64,000 nt of DNA from Candidatus Tenderia sp. (GCA_031416075.1 JANOSY010000055.1:1-64000), one strand, 5' to 3'. Numbered from the stretch's first letter, positions 1 through 10,335 are shown. Numbers and translations: made by a program. The notes: generated by a model not told the origin, from the sequence alone.

Positions 1-660
1 TTTGCCGAACAGGTAGACGTCAGCGCCCGTGCCCCCCGAGAGGGTGTCGTTGCCGCTGCCACCGTCGAGGGTGTCGTTGCCGGCATCGCCGGACAGGGTA
101 TCGTTCTGCTCGTTGCCCTGCAGGCTGTCGTTGCCGTTGCCACCGTACAGGGTGTCATTGCCGGTGCCGCCCTTGACGGTGTCGTTGCCGTCCTGGCCTT
201 GCAGATTGTCGGAACCGCTGCCACCGTCGAGCACGTCATCGCCTGCGTAACCGTAGGCGGTGTCGTTGCCGTCCGCGCCGTTGAGGGTGTCGGCGGTGGC
301 GTAGCCGTACAGGGTGTCGTTGCCCGCCGTCGGCGTGAGCACCTTGGACTTGATGGTGTTGATGTCCCACACCGTGCCATCGGCGAACTTGAGGTTCTCC
401 ACCACGTAGGCGGTGGCGCCGTCGGTGCTGAAGTAGCTCTGCACCGTCAGGCTGTCATCGGTGCCGTTGATGCCGATGATCAGGTTGTCGCTGGAACGGG
501 TCAGCGTCACGTCGGTGGCGGCAATGCCCGCACCGAGCAGGATGGTGTCGGCATTAGTGCCGACCGCTTCGCCATCGTGGTTGTTGATGGTGTCCTGGCC
601 AGAGCCTTTGCCAAACAGGTAGACGTCAGCGCCCGTGCCCCCCGAGAGGGTGTCGTTGCC
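1..660. repeat. Internal near-identical repeat in the RTX gene, period 606 bp (202 aa)
   Basis: tttgcc(g/a)aacaggtagacgtcagcgcccgtgccccccgagagggtgtcgttgcc occurs at 1 and 607. Confidence 0.85.
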
Positions 661-2763
661 CGCGCCGCCGTCGAGGGTGTCGTTACCAGCGTCGCCGTAC
701 AGGGTGTCGTTGCCAGTGCCGCCCTTGACGGTGTCGTTGCCGTCACCGCCTTGAACATTGTCGGCACCCGCTTCACCAAATACCAGATCGTTCCCCGCCT
801 TGCCATAAACGGTATCATTACCCCCACCCGTCAGAATGATATCACCCTTGTCGCCACCGTTAAGCGTTGTTACTCCATCACCATCCATGACCACACGTAA
901 ATCTGCCAGCAATGCTTGGACCTCCGGTGTCATCTCCACGGAACGTAATGTATTAAGCAAGTAACCATTGCCGTCCCAACCACTATTGCCAAACATAGCC
1001 TGTCCATATCGTACAAAATCAACAATATCCGCGAGGCCATTAATCTGATCTGACACAAGGCGGCTGGCCATCAACGTTTGGACACCCGTAAAATCAAGAT
1101 GGAAGCCTGTGCCATCCAGCGTCAAGCCAATAGCATCTACATAAGGTTTAAGGCGAGTCTGGAATAACAACCCCTGATAAACCGAATCCCGCAGGGCATC
1201 ATAACCTTGCTCAAGCAGAGAGATTTGTTCGGATGAAATCCAAACTGAATATCCAGTAACAGACCCATTAAAAAAACTACTGGGACTTACCAATCTCGCC
1301 AAAATATTACTACCATTGAATCTTTCCAGCGCCTCGATCTTCCCATATAATATTGGCCTACCGCTCTTAAAAGCCTCGATTGCAGTAATCCCAGAGGAAT
1401 AAAAGGTTGATGCGGTATTTCCTGAAGAATAATACTCCAAAGTAGAGAGCCTATTGATATCAATACTTGTCAACATAGAACTCGTATCGCCCCATGCGCT
1501 GATTAACGAATCTAACAACGCCTGCTGTGCAGACCGGGTAGTCGCATTGGCATATTGTGACAAGAGCGCTCCCGTCTGCCCAGAGGCATCTATACTCACT
1601 GCCTCGCGCAAATCACGGACACTCCCTGATCCATTCATCGCTGGCAATGCCAATACATCTGCAGGCAACGCTATAGGTGCCGTAAATACCCGGTTAAATC
1701 TATTTTGTACAAAATTAAGATTGGCTACCGTTGATCTAGCGCCATTAGTTCTGGTGTATGTAGAGGCGGCAGTCTGAAGGTTATTACCCGCAAGGGTAAC
1801 GGCCCCAGTTGTAATATTAGTATTAATAGAGGCGATGCCCGCATCAGCCAGACTCATCAACTCACCAGCATCTGAAACACCATTTTGATTCAGGTCACGC
1901 CAAATACGTACATTTGTGAACTGTGCATCACTTGCATCAAAGACACCGTCTAGATTGTCATCAATATCTTTAAGTGCATCAAAACCATCCGTGGCCAACC
2001 GTCCACTCGAAAGCCTGGTATCCACACCAAACAACTCTGAACCATTATCAATGACGCCATTTCCGTTGCGATCCAACACCAGGAAACCATCATCCCCCTT
2101 AACCCAGCCAGTACCTGTTTTGACACTATCACCGTTATAATCAAACAATACCCCTGCGGCAGTGCCTACGGCTTCGATGCCATCGCCATCCAAATCCAAG
2201 ACCAACGGGTCACTATAGGTTGGCTGCCAATTGATGGCGGCGTTGAAAAAATCAGCAATAGATTGCTGTATGTTATTAAAGAAACTAATGCCATAAGCAA
2301 ACAAATCATTAAACAATCCGTTAGCTTGACTGAACATTTCTTCGACATTGTCATCATTCCATGTTGGCCAGATGTTGCCTTGAAATCCAGAGGGATTTAG
2401 CCCACCAGCTTCCATGGCGGCAAATGTAAAATCAATGCAACTGTTAGTGAGTCCGTTGTAATCACCGAAGCCACCACTTAAGCCGCTTTCTCCGAAATCC
2501 CTCATGGCATCGTATTGCTCTTGTGTAATTTCAACAACTCTTGAATAGTCAGTTGATTGATAATTTATATTATCAATAGAGTTAACATCACCAGGCCCAA
2601 ATGCCTGATCTTTTCCTGTTGCACCTTCAGCAGGTCCGAACCCATAGCTGTTAGTCACCCCATTATTATCTGTTATTTCATACCACATGTGTCCCACTCG
2701 GGACTCACCACCTCCAGCGAGTTCTGTACCTGCGCCTGCAATATTGATCGTTACCGTTGGCAT
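1..2763 (-). CDS. FrpC-like RTX calcium-binding protein, 3'-truncated by the window edge: N-terminal putative papain-fold (His/Cys) domain, Asp-Pro self-processing module, RTX repeats
   Basis: ATG at 2763 with RBS AAGGAG. The frame stays open to base 1 (>=921 codons), so it is missing from the ORF track. Motifs: GHMWYEI, YNGLTNSCIDF, SDPLVLDLDGDGIE (D185-P186), GWVKGDDGFLVLDRNGNG, many GGxGNDxLxG nonapeptides, VVENLKFADGTVWD. Confidence 0.92.
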   Translation of the reverse strand, partial: MPTVTINIAGAGTELAGGGESRVGHMWYEITDNNGVTNSYGFGPAEGATGKDQAFGPGDVNSIDNINYQSTDYSRVVEITQEQYDAMRDFGESGLSGGFGDYNGLTNSCIDFTFAAMEAGGLNPSGFQGNIWPTWNDDNVEEMFSQANGLFNDLFAYGISFFNNIQQSIADFFNAAINWQPTYSDPLVLDLDGDGIEAVGTAAGVLFDYNGDSVKTGTGWVKGDDGFLVLDRNGNGVIDNGSELFGVDTRLSSGRLATDGFDALKDIDDNLDGVFDASDAQFTNVRIWRDLNQNGVSDAGELMSLADAGIASINTNITTGAVTLAGNNLQTAASTYTRTNGARSTVANLNFVQNRFNRVFTAPIALPADVLALPAMNGSGSVRDLREAVSIDASGQTGALLSQYANATTRSAQQALLDSLISAWGDTSSMLTSIDINRLSTLEYYSSGNTASTFYSSGITAIEAFKSGRPILYGKIEALERFNGSNILARLVSPSSFFNGSVTGYSVWISSEQISLLEQGYDALRDSVYQGLLFQTRLKPYVDAIGLTLDGTGFHLDFTGVQTLMASRLVSDQINGLADIVDFVRYGQAMFGNSGWDGNGYLLNTLRSVEMTPEVQALLADLRVVMDGDGVTTLNGGDKGDIILTGGGNDTVYGKAGNDLVFGEAGADNVQGGDGNDTVKGGTGNDTLYGDAGNDTLDGGAGNDTLSGGTGADVYLFGKGSGQDTINNHDGEAVGTNADTILLGAGIAATDVTLTRSSDNLIIGINGTDDSLTVQSYFSTDGATAYVVENLKFADGTVWDINTIKSKVLTPTAGNDTLYGYATADTLNGADGNDTAYGYAGDDVLDGGSGSDNLQGQDGNDTVKGGTGNDTLYGGNGNDSLQGNEQNDTLSGDAGNDTLDGGSGNDTLSGGTGADVYLFGK

Positions 2764-2787
2764 GTTAACTCCTTATTTGCACTTAAT

Positions 2788-3357
2788 TTACGAGAGATCA
2801 GATGTTTTTGGATCTGAACTAATTTGAAAAATAACGGGGGTTTCCTGCAACTTCGGTGCATCTTTTAAGCTTTCGATACTGATCCGATAGTGACCAGGTT
2901 TTAATGGTACGAGGGTGATTTTCTTATAAACAAAATCCGCATTCCCTCCTGCCGTCCTTATATCCGAAAACTCTTTTTCCAATATTGTATTTATTCCTGA
3001 GCTTTTAATAAGATCAATTCTTAATTTGAGCAGAACAGGAACTCCAGGCTCCACTTCAATCGGCTGACGGTTTTGATCTGTTGCCCACCGGCCAGCCAGT
3101 TCTCCAATCCGCACACGATCTCCTTGGTCGTTTTGTTTAGCCATAAACATCAAATTAAATGAGTAAACTCTGTGCCTAGCCACCCATAATTCAGTTTCAA
3201 CTTTACTGCCTGATTTTTGCACATTGAATGGTAAATTAAGCGGTGGCTTAGGTAATCCAGCGCTATTGGTACAAGCTGACAGCCACGGAAAAAACGCCAC
3301 CATGGCAATGAATAAACGCCTAACTATCATGATCACTTTATGTTTATTGTTTTTCAT
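2788..3357 (-). CDS. Lipoprotein (DUF5625-like), candidate immunity/accessory partner of the RTX protein
   Basis: Basic N-terminus, hydrophobic stretch and lipobox WLSA-C. Ends 24 bp upstream of the RTX start. AT-rich. Confidence 0.75.
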   Translation of the reverse strand: MKNNKHKVIMIVRRLFIAMVAFFPWLSACTNSAGLPKPPLNLPFNVQKSGSKVETELWVARHRVYSFNLMFMAKQNDQGDRVRIGELAGRWATDQNRQPIEVEPGVPVLLKLRIDLIKSSGINTILEKEFSDIRTAGGNADFVYKKITLVPLKPGHYRISIESLKDAPKLQETPVIFQISSDPKTSDLS

Positions 3358-3586
3358 TTAACGCTCCGTAACACTCTCGTTTGCATACTGCATCAACGGA
3401 CTCAGCACATACTCAATCAATTTTCTTTTACCTGTCTTTATCTCTACCGTCACTGACATGCCAGGACTGAGGTTGATCATCTTCTCTTCCACACAGATGC
3501 CGCCCTGTTATAACAGGCCTCGTGCGGTGTAGATGAGGCCAAGCTTTTCATCGGGGACAGCATCATTAGAAACGTTGATCAACTCC
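3358..3586 (-). pseudogene. Degenerate duplicate of the hlyD 3' end
   Basis: Aligns to 4397-4625. Translates ELINVSNDAVPDEKLGLIYTARGLL*QGGICVEEKMINLSPGMSVTVEIKTGKRKLIEYVLSPLMQYANESVTER*, with an in-frame TAA at 3508-3510. Confidence 0.9.
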
Positions 3587-3653
3587 GGGACTAAAGGGGT
3601 CAGCTTCGCTTTATTTTCCATTGACCACACCAACAGCATGCGTCGCCTGATTT

Positions 3654-4265
3654 TCAGTTGTCATTTTGTTTCTCCATTTTCATAAGTAACTTAATCTTAA
3701 GGTACATACAGGCCATTATTTTTGCATTTGCATTTGCATTTGCCAAAGCCGCCAAGAAAAACAAAATAAATACAAATGGATATTTATTGGAAAATGCCTG
3801 CCTTTCAAAAATTCGAGATAGATCATCTTGACTCTTCGCAGGAAACTCTTCACCAAACTCAATAAATAAAAAAGCACTCAGGACCATTATTAAAACAACA
3901 ATCAAAAAAAATCTCCAGAGTTCACTTCCTCGTCCAGTCACTCGCTTAGTCAAGTTCTGCCAATCTTGAGTCGCAAACGTGATCATCATCACTATCAGAT
4001 AAAAATAAACACAGATGATATAGACAGGGGTCATACGCTCCCTGTAAGGAATTGATGCATTCACCCAGCGCTGCGCCCATTGCTGCAGATGGCCGGTAGG
4101 ATCAAGCAGCAAAAAAGACTCAGCTGGAATCTGCCCGCCCATAACCATGACCACAAGCACGTAGATGAAAATAAACAGTGCACCGATAATTACCAACCCT
4201 CTCTTTTCACAAGGCTGTAATTTTGGACGTGTGTTGACATCCTGTTTTTTCTGATTTGTGTTCAC
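3654..4265 (-). CDS. Hypothetical integral membrane protein (~4 TM), candidate orphan immunity protein
   Basis: 203 aa, four hydrophobic segments, AT-rich, lies between the two hlyD 3' ends. Confidence 0.65.
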   Translation of the reverse strand: MNTNQKKQDVNTRPKLQPCEKRGLVIIGALFIFIYVLVVMVMGGQIPAESFLLLDPTGHLQQWAQRWVNASIPYRERMTPVYIICVYFYLIVMMITFATQDWQNLTKRVTGRGSELWRFFLIVVLIMVLSAFLFIEFGEEFPAKSQDDLSRIFERQAFSNKYPFVFILFFLAALANANANAKIMACMYLKIKLLMKMEKQNDN

Positions 4266-4396
4266 ACGACCCCCTGTAAGTTTCGCACCCAGCCACTGCT
4301 GTGAATATCAGACGTCGCGAAAAATTCATGTACGAAATAATTTTGCAATTGATTTCCAGCTTTGCTTCCGTTGTCTTGGCTATTACTTAATCTCAT

Positions 4397-5740
4397 TTAA
4401 CGCTCCCTCACACTCTCGTCCGCATACTGTATCAAAGGACTCAGCACATACTCAATCAATCTTCTCTTGCCCGTTTTAACCTCGACCGTGACTGACATGC
4501 CGGGGCTGAGGTTGATCATTTTCTCTTCCACACGGATGGCGCTCTGTTTTAGCAGGACTCTGGCGGTGTAAATCAAGCCCAGTTTTTCATCGGGTACGGC
4601 GTCATTGGACAGATTGATTAGCTCTGCGTCAATGGCGCCGTATTTGGTGTAGGGGAAGGCGTCTATTTTCACTTCTGCTGCTTGACCTTCACGAACAAAG
4701 CCGATGTCTCTGTTGGCGATGATGGCTTCGACTTCAATACCTTCGTCTTTAGGCACAATAACCATCAGTTGTTGCGCCGGTGTGACGACGCCGCCAATGG
4801 TATGCACGGCAAGTTGTTGCACGATGCCATCCACGGGGGCAGTGAGGCGTTGCAGCTGGTTGCGCTGGGTGGCTTTGATCGATTCCTGATTGAGTCCCTG
4901 GCCTCGGCGCTTGGCCTCGTTGAGTTCGGCCAGGGCTTTATTGAGGGCGTCGGCGGCTTCGGCTTTGCGTTGCTCTTTGAGCTGGGCGAGGTTGGCGATG
5001 AGTTCCTGGCGGTGCTGTTTTTGGATGGCGAGGTCTTGGCTCTGTTCGATGCGCTGTTGTTCAAGTTCGAGATAGGTGTGGCGTGGGGCGAGCTGTTTGT
5101 CGGCGAGTGTTTTGAGTGATTCGGCGCGTTCGGTGATGATCGGCAGTGTGGCTTCTAATTTTTTGATCTGCTCTTCGGTGCCGATGAGTTCGGCCTCACG
5201 ACGCAGCTTTTCGTTATCCAGACTGCTCAGCGTGGCTTGATGCTGGTGCCATTGGCTGGCGAGCAGTTGCTTTTGCGGTTCGAGCACATCGGCGCTGGTG
5301 GTGTTTGGCCAGTGGGCGATGGGGGCTGTGTGGCTTTGCATGGCGATGATGAGGGCGGTGGCGCGGGCGAGTTCTGCCTGGGCGGTGTTGTATTCGTTGC
5401 CGAGCCGGGTGGCATCGGCTTGTGTGCCGGTGGTGTCGAGGTCGATGAGTGGGTCGCCCTTTTTGACGTTCTGCCCTTCTTTGACGTGGATGGCGCTGAC
5501 GGTGCCGATCTCCAGCGGCTGGATGAGTTTGGTGCGGTCGCTGGGGATGACTTTGCCTTGGGCGACGGCGACGATGTCGATTTTGCCAAAGCAAGCCCAG
5601 AGGATGGCGATGGTAAAAAGAATGACGATGCTCCAGGTGATGGCGCGACCGATGGGGGATGGCGGGGTCTCCTGAATCTCCAGCGCGGCGGGCAGGAACT
5701 GGAGTTCATGTCTGTTACGTTCGATCGTTAGGTTTTGCAT
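4397..5740 (-). CDS. hlyD: HlyD-family type I secretion membrane fusion protein
   Basis: FLPAALEIQETPPSP, single TM, VKEGQNVKKGDPLI, APVDGIVQQL, AFPYTKYG, PGMSVTVEVKTGKRRLIEY. Confidence 0.95.
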   Translation of the reverse strand: MQNLTIERNRHELQFLPAALEIQETPPSPIGRAITWSIVILFTIAILWACFGKIDIVAVAQGKVIPSDRTKLIQPLEIGTVSAIHVKEGQNVKKGDPLIDLDTTGTQADATRLGNEYNTAQAELARATALIIAMQSHTAPIAHWPNTTSADVLEPQKQLLASQWHQHQATLSSLDNEKLRREAELIGTEEQIKKLEATLPIITERAESLKTLADKQLAPRHTYLELEQQRIEQSQDLAIQKQHRQELIANLAQLKEQRKAEAADALNKALAELNEAKRRGQGLNQESIKATQRNQLQRLTAPVDGIVQQLAVHTIGGVVTPAQQLMVIVPKDEGIEVEAIIANRDIGFVREGQAAEVKIDAFPYTKYGAIDAELINLSNDAVPDEKLGLIYTARVLLKQSAIRVEEKMINLSPGMSVTVEVKTGKRRLIEYVLSPLIQYADESVRER

Positions 5741-5742
5741 GG

Positions 5743-6291
5743 TTAGTTCACCACGGCCATGCCATCGCGGGCATCGCCGCGCTGGTACTGATGGAGCTTG
5801 GCGTAATGGCCATGCAGGTTGATAAGTTGGGCGTGGGTACCCTCTTCCACGATCTGGCCGTGATCAACCACGATGATGCGATCGGCATTGCGCACGGCGG
5901 TGAGGCGGTGGGCGATGATGAAGACGGTTCTGTCTTTGCAGATGCGCTGCATGTTGTCTTGTATGATGCGTTCTGATTCGTAGTCGAGCGCGCGGGTCGC
6001 TTCATCGAAGATGAGGATGCGGGGGTTACTGATGAGCGCCCTGGCGATGGCGATGCGTTGGCGCTGGCCACCGGAGAGGTTGCTGCCGTGTTCACCGACC
6101 AGGGAGTCGTACCCTTCGGAGAGTTCGAGAATGAACTCATGGGCACCGGCGAGTTTGGCCGCTTGAATGACACGCTCCATGGGCAGGCCGGGATCACTCA
6201 GGGCAATGTTGGCGCGCACGCTGCGGTTGAAGAGCACGTTCTCTTGCAATACAACGCCGACCTGTCTTCTCAGCCAGGTGGGGTCGATCAT
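5743..6291 (-). pseudogene. hlyB: C-terminal fragment of an HlyB-type T1SS ABC transporter (no Walker A)
   Basis: [45 protein letters not shown] (D-loop S->R), IAHRL. Lacks the TM domain and Walker A. Confidence 0.85.
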
Positions 6292-6377
6292 GATTCTGCC
6301 ACTTTCAGGGACCTAGAGAGATCGCACTAATTTGATACAGATATTCATATTTAAAGTGCACCAAGCTGACACAAGTC

Positions 6378-6878
6378 TTAATCTCTGTAGAATTTTATTT
6401 CTAAAATAACAACATCGTCAGAAACTCTATACGAAAAATAAAACTCTGAATACTCTTCTCCAGCCAGGTTGTGTCTATTCTTATCAGAAGAGATAGCTAT
6501 TACATTTTTATTTAGCTCTTTCTTTACAACTTCAAGCTCTTCGCCATCTAGAGCCAGATTCGCCAGCTTTAGGAACTCTTTATTGATATTACTACTATCT
6601 AATTCCATATATGGCCCAAGAAACAGAAGCGCATGCGTCCCATAGTGATCACATGACCAATGTTTTATCGAAAACATAGCACCATCATTTGTTATGCCCT
6701 TAACCTCTTTGGCACTATCCGCCCAAACAAACTTAGAAATCGCACTGTTTTTCTCATACCTGTTCTTTGTGAAACTGCCCTCATCAAACACACAGCTTGA
6801 CTGTTGTGCACATGCCGTGCTTGACAGAACCAGAACCACCAATCCAAAAAAAACACATCTTTCACGAAAAATTCTCAT
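6378..6878 (-). CDS. Exported/periplasmic protein, candidate immunity protein
   Basis: Signal peptide ending STACA-QQ, Cys residues, AT-rich, directly downstream of the putative peptidase. Confidence 0.6.
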   Translation of the reverse strand: MRIFRERCVFFGLVVLVLSSTACAQQSSCVFDEGSFTKNRYEKNSAISKFVWADSAKEVKGITNDGAMFSIKHWSCDHYGTHALLFLGPYMELDSSNINKEFLKLANLALDGEELEVVKKELNKNVIAISSDKNRHNLAGEEYSEFYFSYRVSDDVVILEIKFYRD

Positions 6879-6893
6879 GTGACTTTTCTCATT

Positions 6894-7391
6894 CTAGGGC
6901 TGAGGTATCTCTACGTGATAGGCTGGATCCGCAGGTGGAGTTAAAAACTTTGACACCCTTGCATCACCATTTACGGCAGATTCAAATTTCTTTCTCAAGG
7001 CTAAATTTATACTACTCGGCGCAATATCTACAACGTTAATCTTCTTGGGATCACCGACGTGTAGGGAAACATTTCTTGGACCAATATTTGTTATCTTCAC
7101 ACTCATGCCGTTGATAATATCAACTACGGACTTTCCCTGTGATTTGAGCAAAGAATACTCGTCTATCACTTTGTCTCCATAGGAACTATATAACTTTTTC
7201 TGGTGAAGAACACCATGGCTCTCAATATTTTCATACATAATTCGAGCTTGATCATGTACGGTACGCGCGGTACTGGTCACTGTGATCAGTGGAATGCCAG
7301 CCTTTTTCATAATGTCTTCCAGCACTTTTTTGCTATAGGCTGATACTTTCGATGAATCTCTAGCTGGATTCAGATATTTTATCAATGGCAT
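6894..7391 (-). CDS. Putative M15/Hedgehog-DD-fold Zn peptidoglycan peptidase
   Basis: VTSTARTVHDQAR (TS.xR..Q), SLH...VVDI and YHVE follow the S-x-H / D / H Zn-ligand pattern of M15 peptidases. Start chosen at ATG 7391. Confidence 0.6.
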   Translation of the reverse strand: MPLIKYLNPARDSSKVSAYSKKVLEDIMKKAGIPLITVTSTARTVHDQARIMYENIESHGVLHQKKLYSSYGDKVIDEYSLLKSQGKSVVDIINGMSVKITNIGPRNVSLHVGDPKKINVVDIAPSSINLALRKKFESAVNGDARVSKFLTPPADPAYHVEIPQP

Positions 7392-7463
7392 GTCAAATTT
7401 CCCTTTATTGAACCTCGCTGCAACCAAACTTACGCCTGATCAAAGTAGCAAAACCCTCATACA

Positions 7464-8000
7464 TCAACACCTTGACCACACTATCGATAACAAAAAAATC
7501 CGCAGTGCTTCACCAAAGCGACCAAAGCGTTTGCGGCACTTAAGGATCGCCGGAATGAACCATTTGAAGTTGAAGGTGCGTTCACCGCTGAGTAACCCGG
7601 CGCGTTTTGTGATGAGGATCAGCTCGCCGGACCACTGCTTCTCAAATTCATCACACGGCAGGATCTGCGGCCGCTGTTCAAGCGGATCTTGGATTAAAAC
7701 AGAGGCAACACCATTCTCTTCTTTAAGACCACCGATGATGAAGTAATGGCCATCGGTGTGAAGAGCAATAGCGGGAAATTGAACGCGGTTGAGACGAAAG
7801 ATATCCGATTTAATCTGCCGCGCCTTGAGGCCAAGCAATTTGGTGGCACGGAGGATTTCGGTCGGGCCGAAGTGCTGTTCGGTCTGGCCAAACTGGTGGC
7901 GCAGCTGATCGGCCTCTGCGGCCACGCCGTGAAAGCGGGCAAGCATCACCAGACAGGTTAAGCCTGTGTCAGGCCCAACAACATCCTTGTTGTTATCCAT
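7464..8000 (-). pseudogene. hlyB: N-terminal C39-like domain fragment of HlyB
   Basis: DTGLTCLVMLARFHGV, LGLKAR, LIQDP, FEKQWSGELIL, FNFKWFIPAILK. Homology is lost at the first TM helix and a stop follows. Confidence 0.88.
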
Positions 8001-8192
8001 TCATCCAACCCTACAGATTTTTATTTTGTCGTCACCATCAAGCTTGTGGCACACGCGACCGCAACTGGCGACAGTTTTTTGCCTATACTAGCCGTAGACC
8101 TGCTATCTGGGCAAATAAAATTAGGGGGGAGGCAAACGTCGGGGGCAGGTAATGGTTTTACGTCTAATGGGGGGCTGAATAGCCGCACACCC

Positions 8193-8215
8193 AAAGCCCG
8201 CCATGAGCAGCGGGC
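8193..8215 (-). terminator. Probable intrinsic terminator after dapB
   Basis: aaagcccgc-catgagca-gcgggc hairpin with a short T tail on the minus strand. Confidence 0.45.
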
Positions 8216-8241
8216 GGATGTAGCGCGGCCCTAAAGGTTGG

Positions 8242-9057
<816 letters not shown>

Positions 9058-9070
9058 TTAAACCCTGTCG

Positions 9071-10213
9071 TTATGATTTTGGCTGGGTCATATCTTCAAA
9101 GAATTTTTTCACGCCGGCAAACCAGTTGCTGGAGCGTGGGCTATGTTTACCATCCCCCTCCTCCATGGCGCGCTGAAACTCTTCCAGCAGCTCTTTCTGT
9201 TTGCGCCCCAGGTTGATGGGGGTCTCCACCTCCACCTTGCAGATCAGGTCGCCAATGCCACCACCGTGCACTGACTTAACACCCTTGCCACGTAAGCGGA
9301 ACGATTTTCCTGTCTGTGTCTCGGCGGGAATTTTAAGTTTGACACGACCATCCAGGGTCGGCACATCCAGCTCCCCCCCGAGTACCGCATTGGCAAAGCT
9401 GATCGGTACAACACAGTTAAGATTGCTCTCCTCACGGGTAAAGATGGCGTGTGGTCGAACCTTGATCTGAACGTAAAGATCGCCCGAGGGACCACCACTT
9501 TCACCCGCCTCACCCTCCCCTGACAGGCGAATGCGATCACCATTATCAACACCGGCCGGGATCTTCACTGACAGGGTTTTTTGCTCATTAACACGCCCCT
9601 GCCCACGACAATCGGGGCATGGATCTTTAATGATGTGACCACTGCCCTGGCAATGGGGACAGGCTTGTTGTAGCGAGAAGAACCCCTGTTGAATACGGAC
9701 CTGGCCACGACCACCACACGTAGTGCAGCTGACCGGACTGGTTCCTTTTTTGGCACCGGAGCCTTCACACGGGTTGCACTTAACCATGGTGGGTATGCGA
9801 ATCTTGACAGTAGCACCACGCACTGCCTCTTCAAGATCAAGGTCGAGGTTGTAACGCAGATCAGCGCCACGATAGACACGTTGGCCACCGCCACCGGCAC
9901 GTGCACCACCAAAAATGTCGCCAAACACATCACCAAAGACGTCGCCGAAATTACCGCCGCCGGCTGCGCCACCACCACCCGCCGACTGATCTACACCGGC
10001 ATGGCCAAACTGGTCGTAAGCGGCGCGCTTCTGGGCGTTGGAGAGTATCTCGTAGGCCTCTTTGGCCTCTTTGAATTTCTCTTCAGACTCTTTGTTATCG
10101 GGGTTGCGGTCGGGGTGGTGTTTCTGCGCGGCACGGCGATAGGCCTTTTTAATATCCGCTTCGCTGGCGTTTTTTGCCACACCTAATATTTCGTAAAAAT
10201 CTCGTTTGGCCAT
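9071..10213 (-). CDS. dnaJ: Chaperone DnaJ
   Basis: J domain with HPD, G/F region, four CxxCxGxG repeats. Confidence 0.99.
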   Translation of the reverse strand: MAKRDFYEILGVAKNASEADIKKAYRRAAQKHHPDRNPDNKESEEKFKEAKEAYEILSNAQKRAAYDQFGHAGVDQSAGGGGAAGGGNFGDVFGDVFGDIFGGARAGGGGQRVYRGADLRYNLDLDLEEAVRGATVKIRIPTMVKCNPCEGSGAKKGTSPVSCTTCGGRGQVRIQQGFFSLQQACPHCQGSGHIIKDPCPDCRGQGRVNEQKTLSVKIPAGVDNGDRIRLSGEGEAGESGGPSGDLYVQIKVRPHAIFTREESNLNCVVPISFANAVLGGELDVPTLDGRVKLKIPAETQTGKSFRLRGKGVKSVHGGGIGDLICKVEVETPINLGRKQKELLEEFQRAMEEGDGKHSPRSSNWFAGVKKFFEDMTQPKS

Positions 10214-10255
10214 GGGTCCAAGCTTTTAGTTGTTAAATTCTTAATTTGCACAAAC

Positions 10256-10290
10256 AACAACAGGCGCACCGTGAGGTTGCGCCTGCTGTT
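10256..10290 (-). terminator. Hairpin between dnaK and dnaJ
   Basis: aacaacaggcgca-ccgtgaggt-tgcgcctgctgtt inverted repeat. Confidence 0.5.
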
Positions 10291-10335
10291 CACCTCACAT
10301 CAGAGACCAGTATCTAACGGCTGGCCCGGTCATGA

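Noticed and set aside
29-900. ORFs 29-250, 199-900 and 507-827
   Set aside because: Antisense or off-frame shadows of the RTX repeats.
3721-3741. (TTTGCA)3 repeat encoding ANANAN
   Set aside because: Short and in-frame; no evidence for switching.
5743-8000. Functional split HlyB or intein/intron
   Set aside because: The TM domain and Walker A are missing altogether, and the insert shows no splicing or reverse-transcriptase features.
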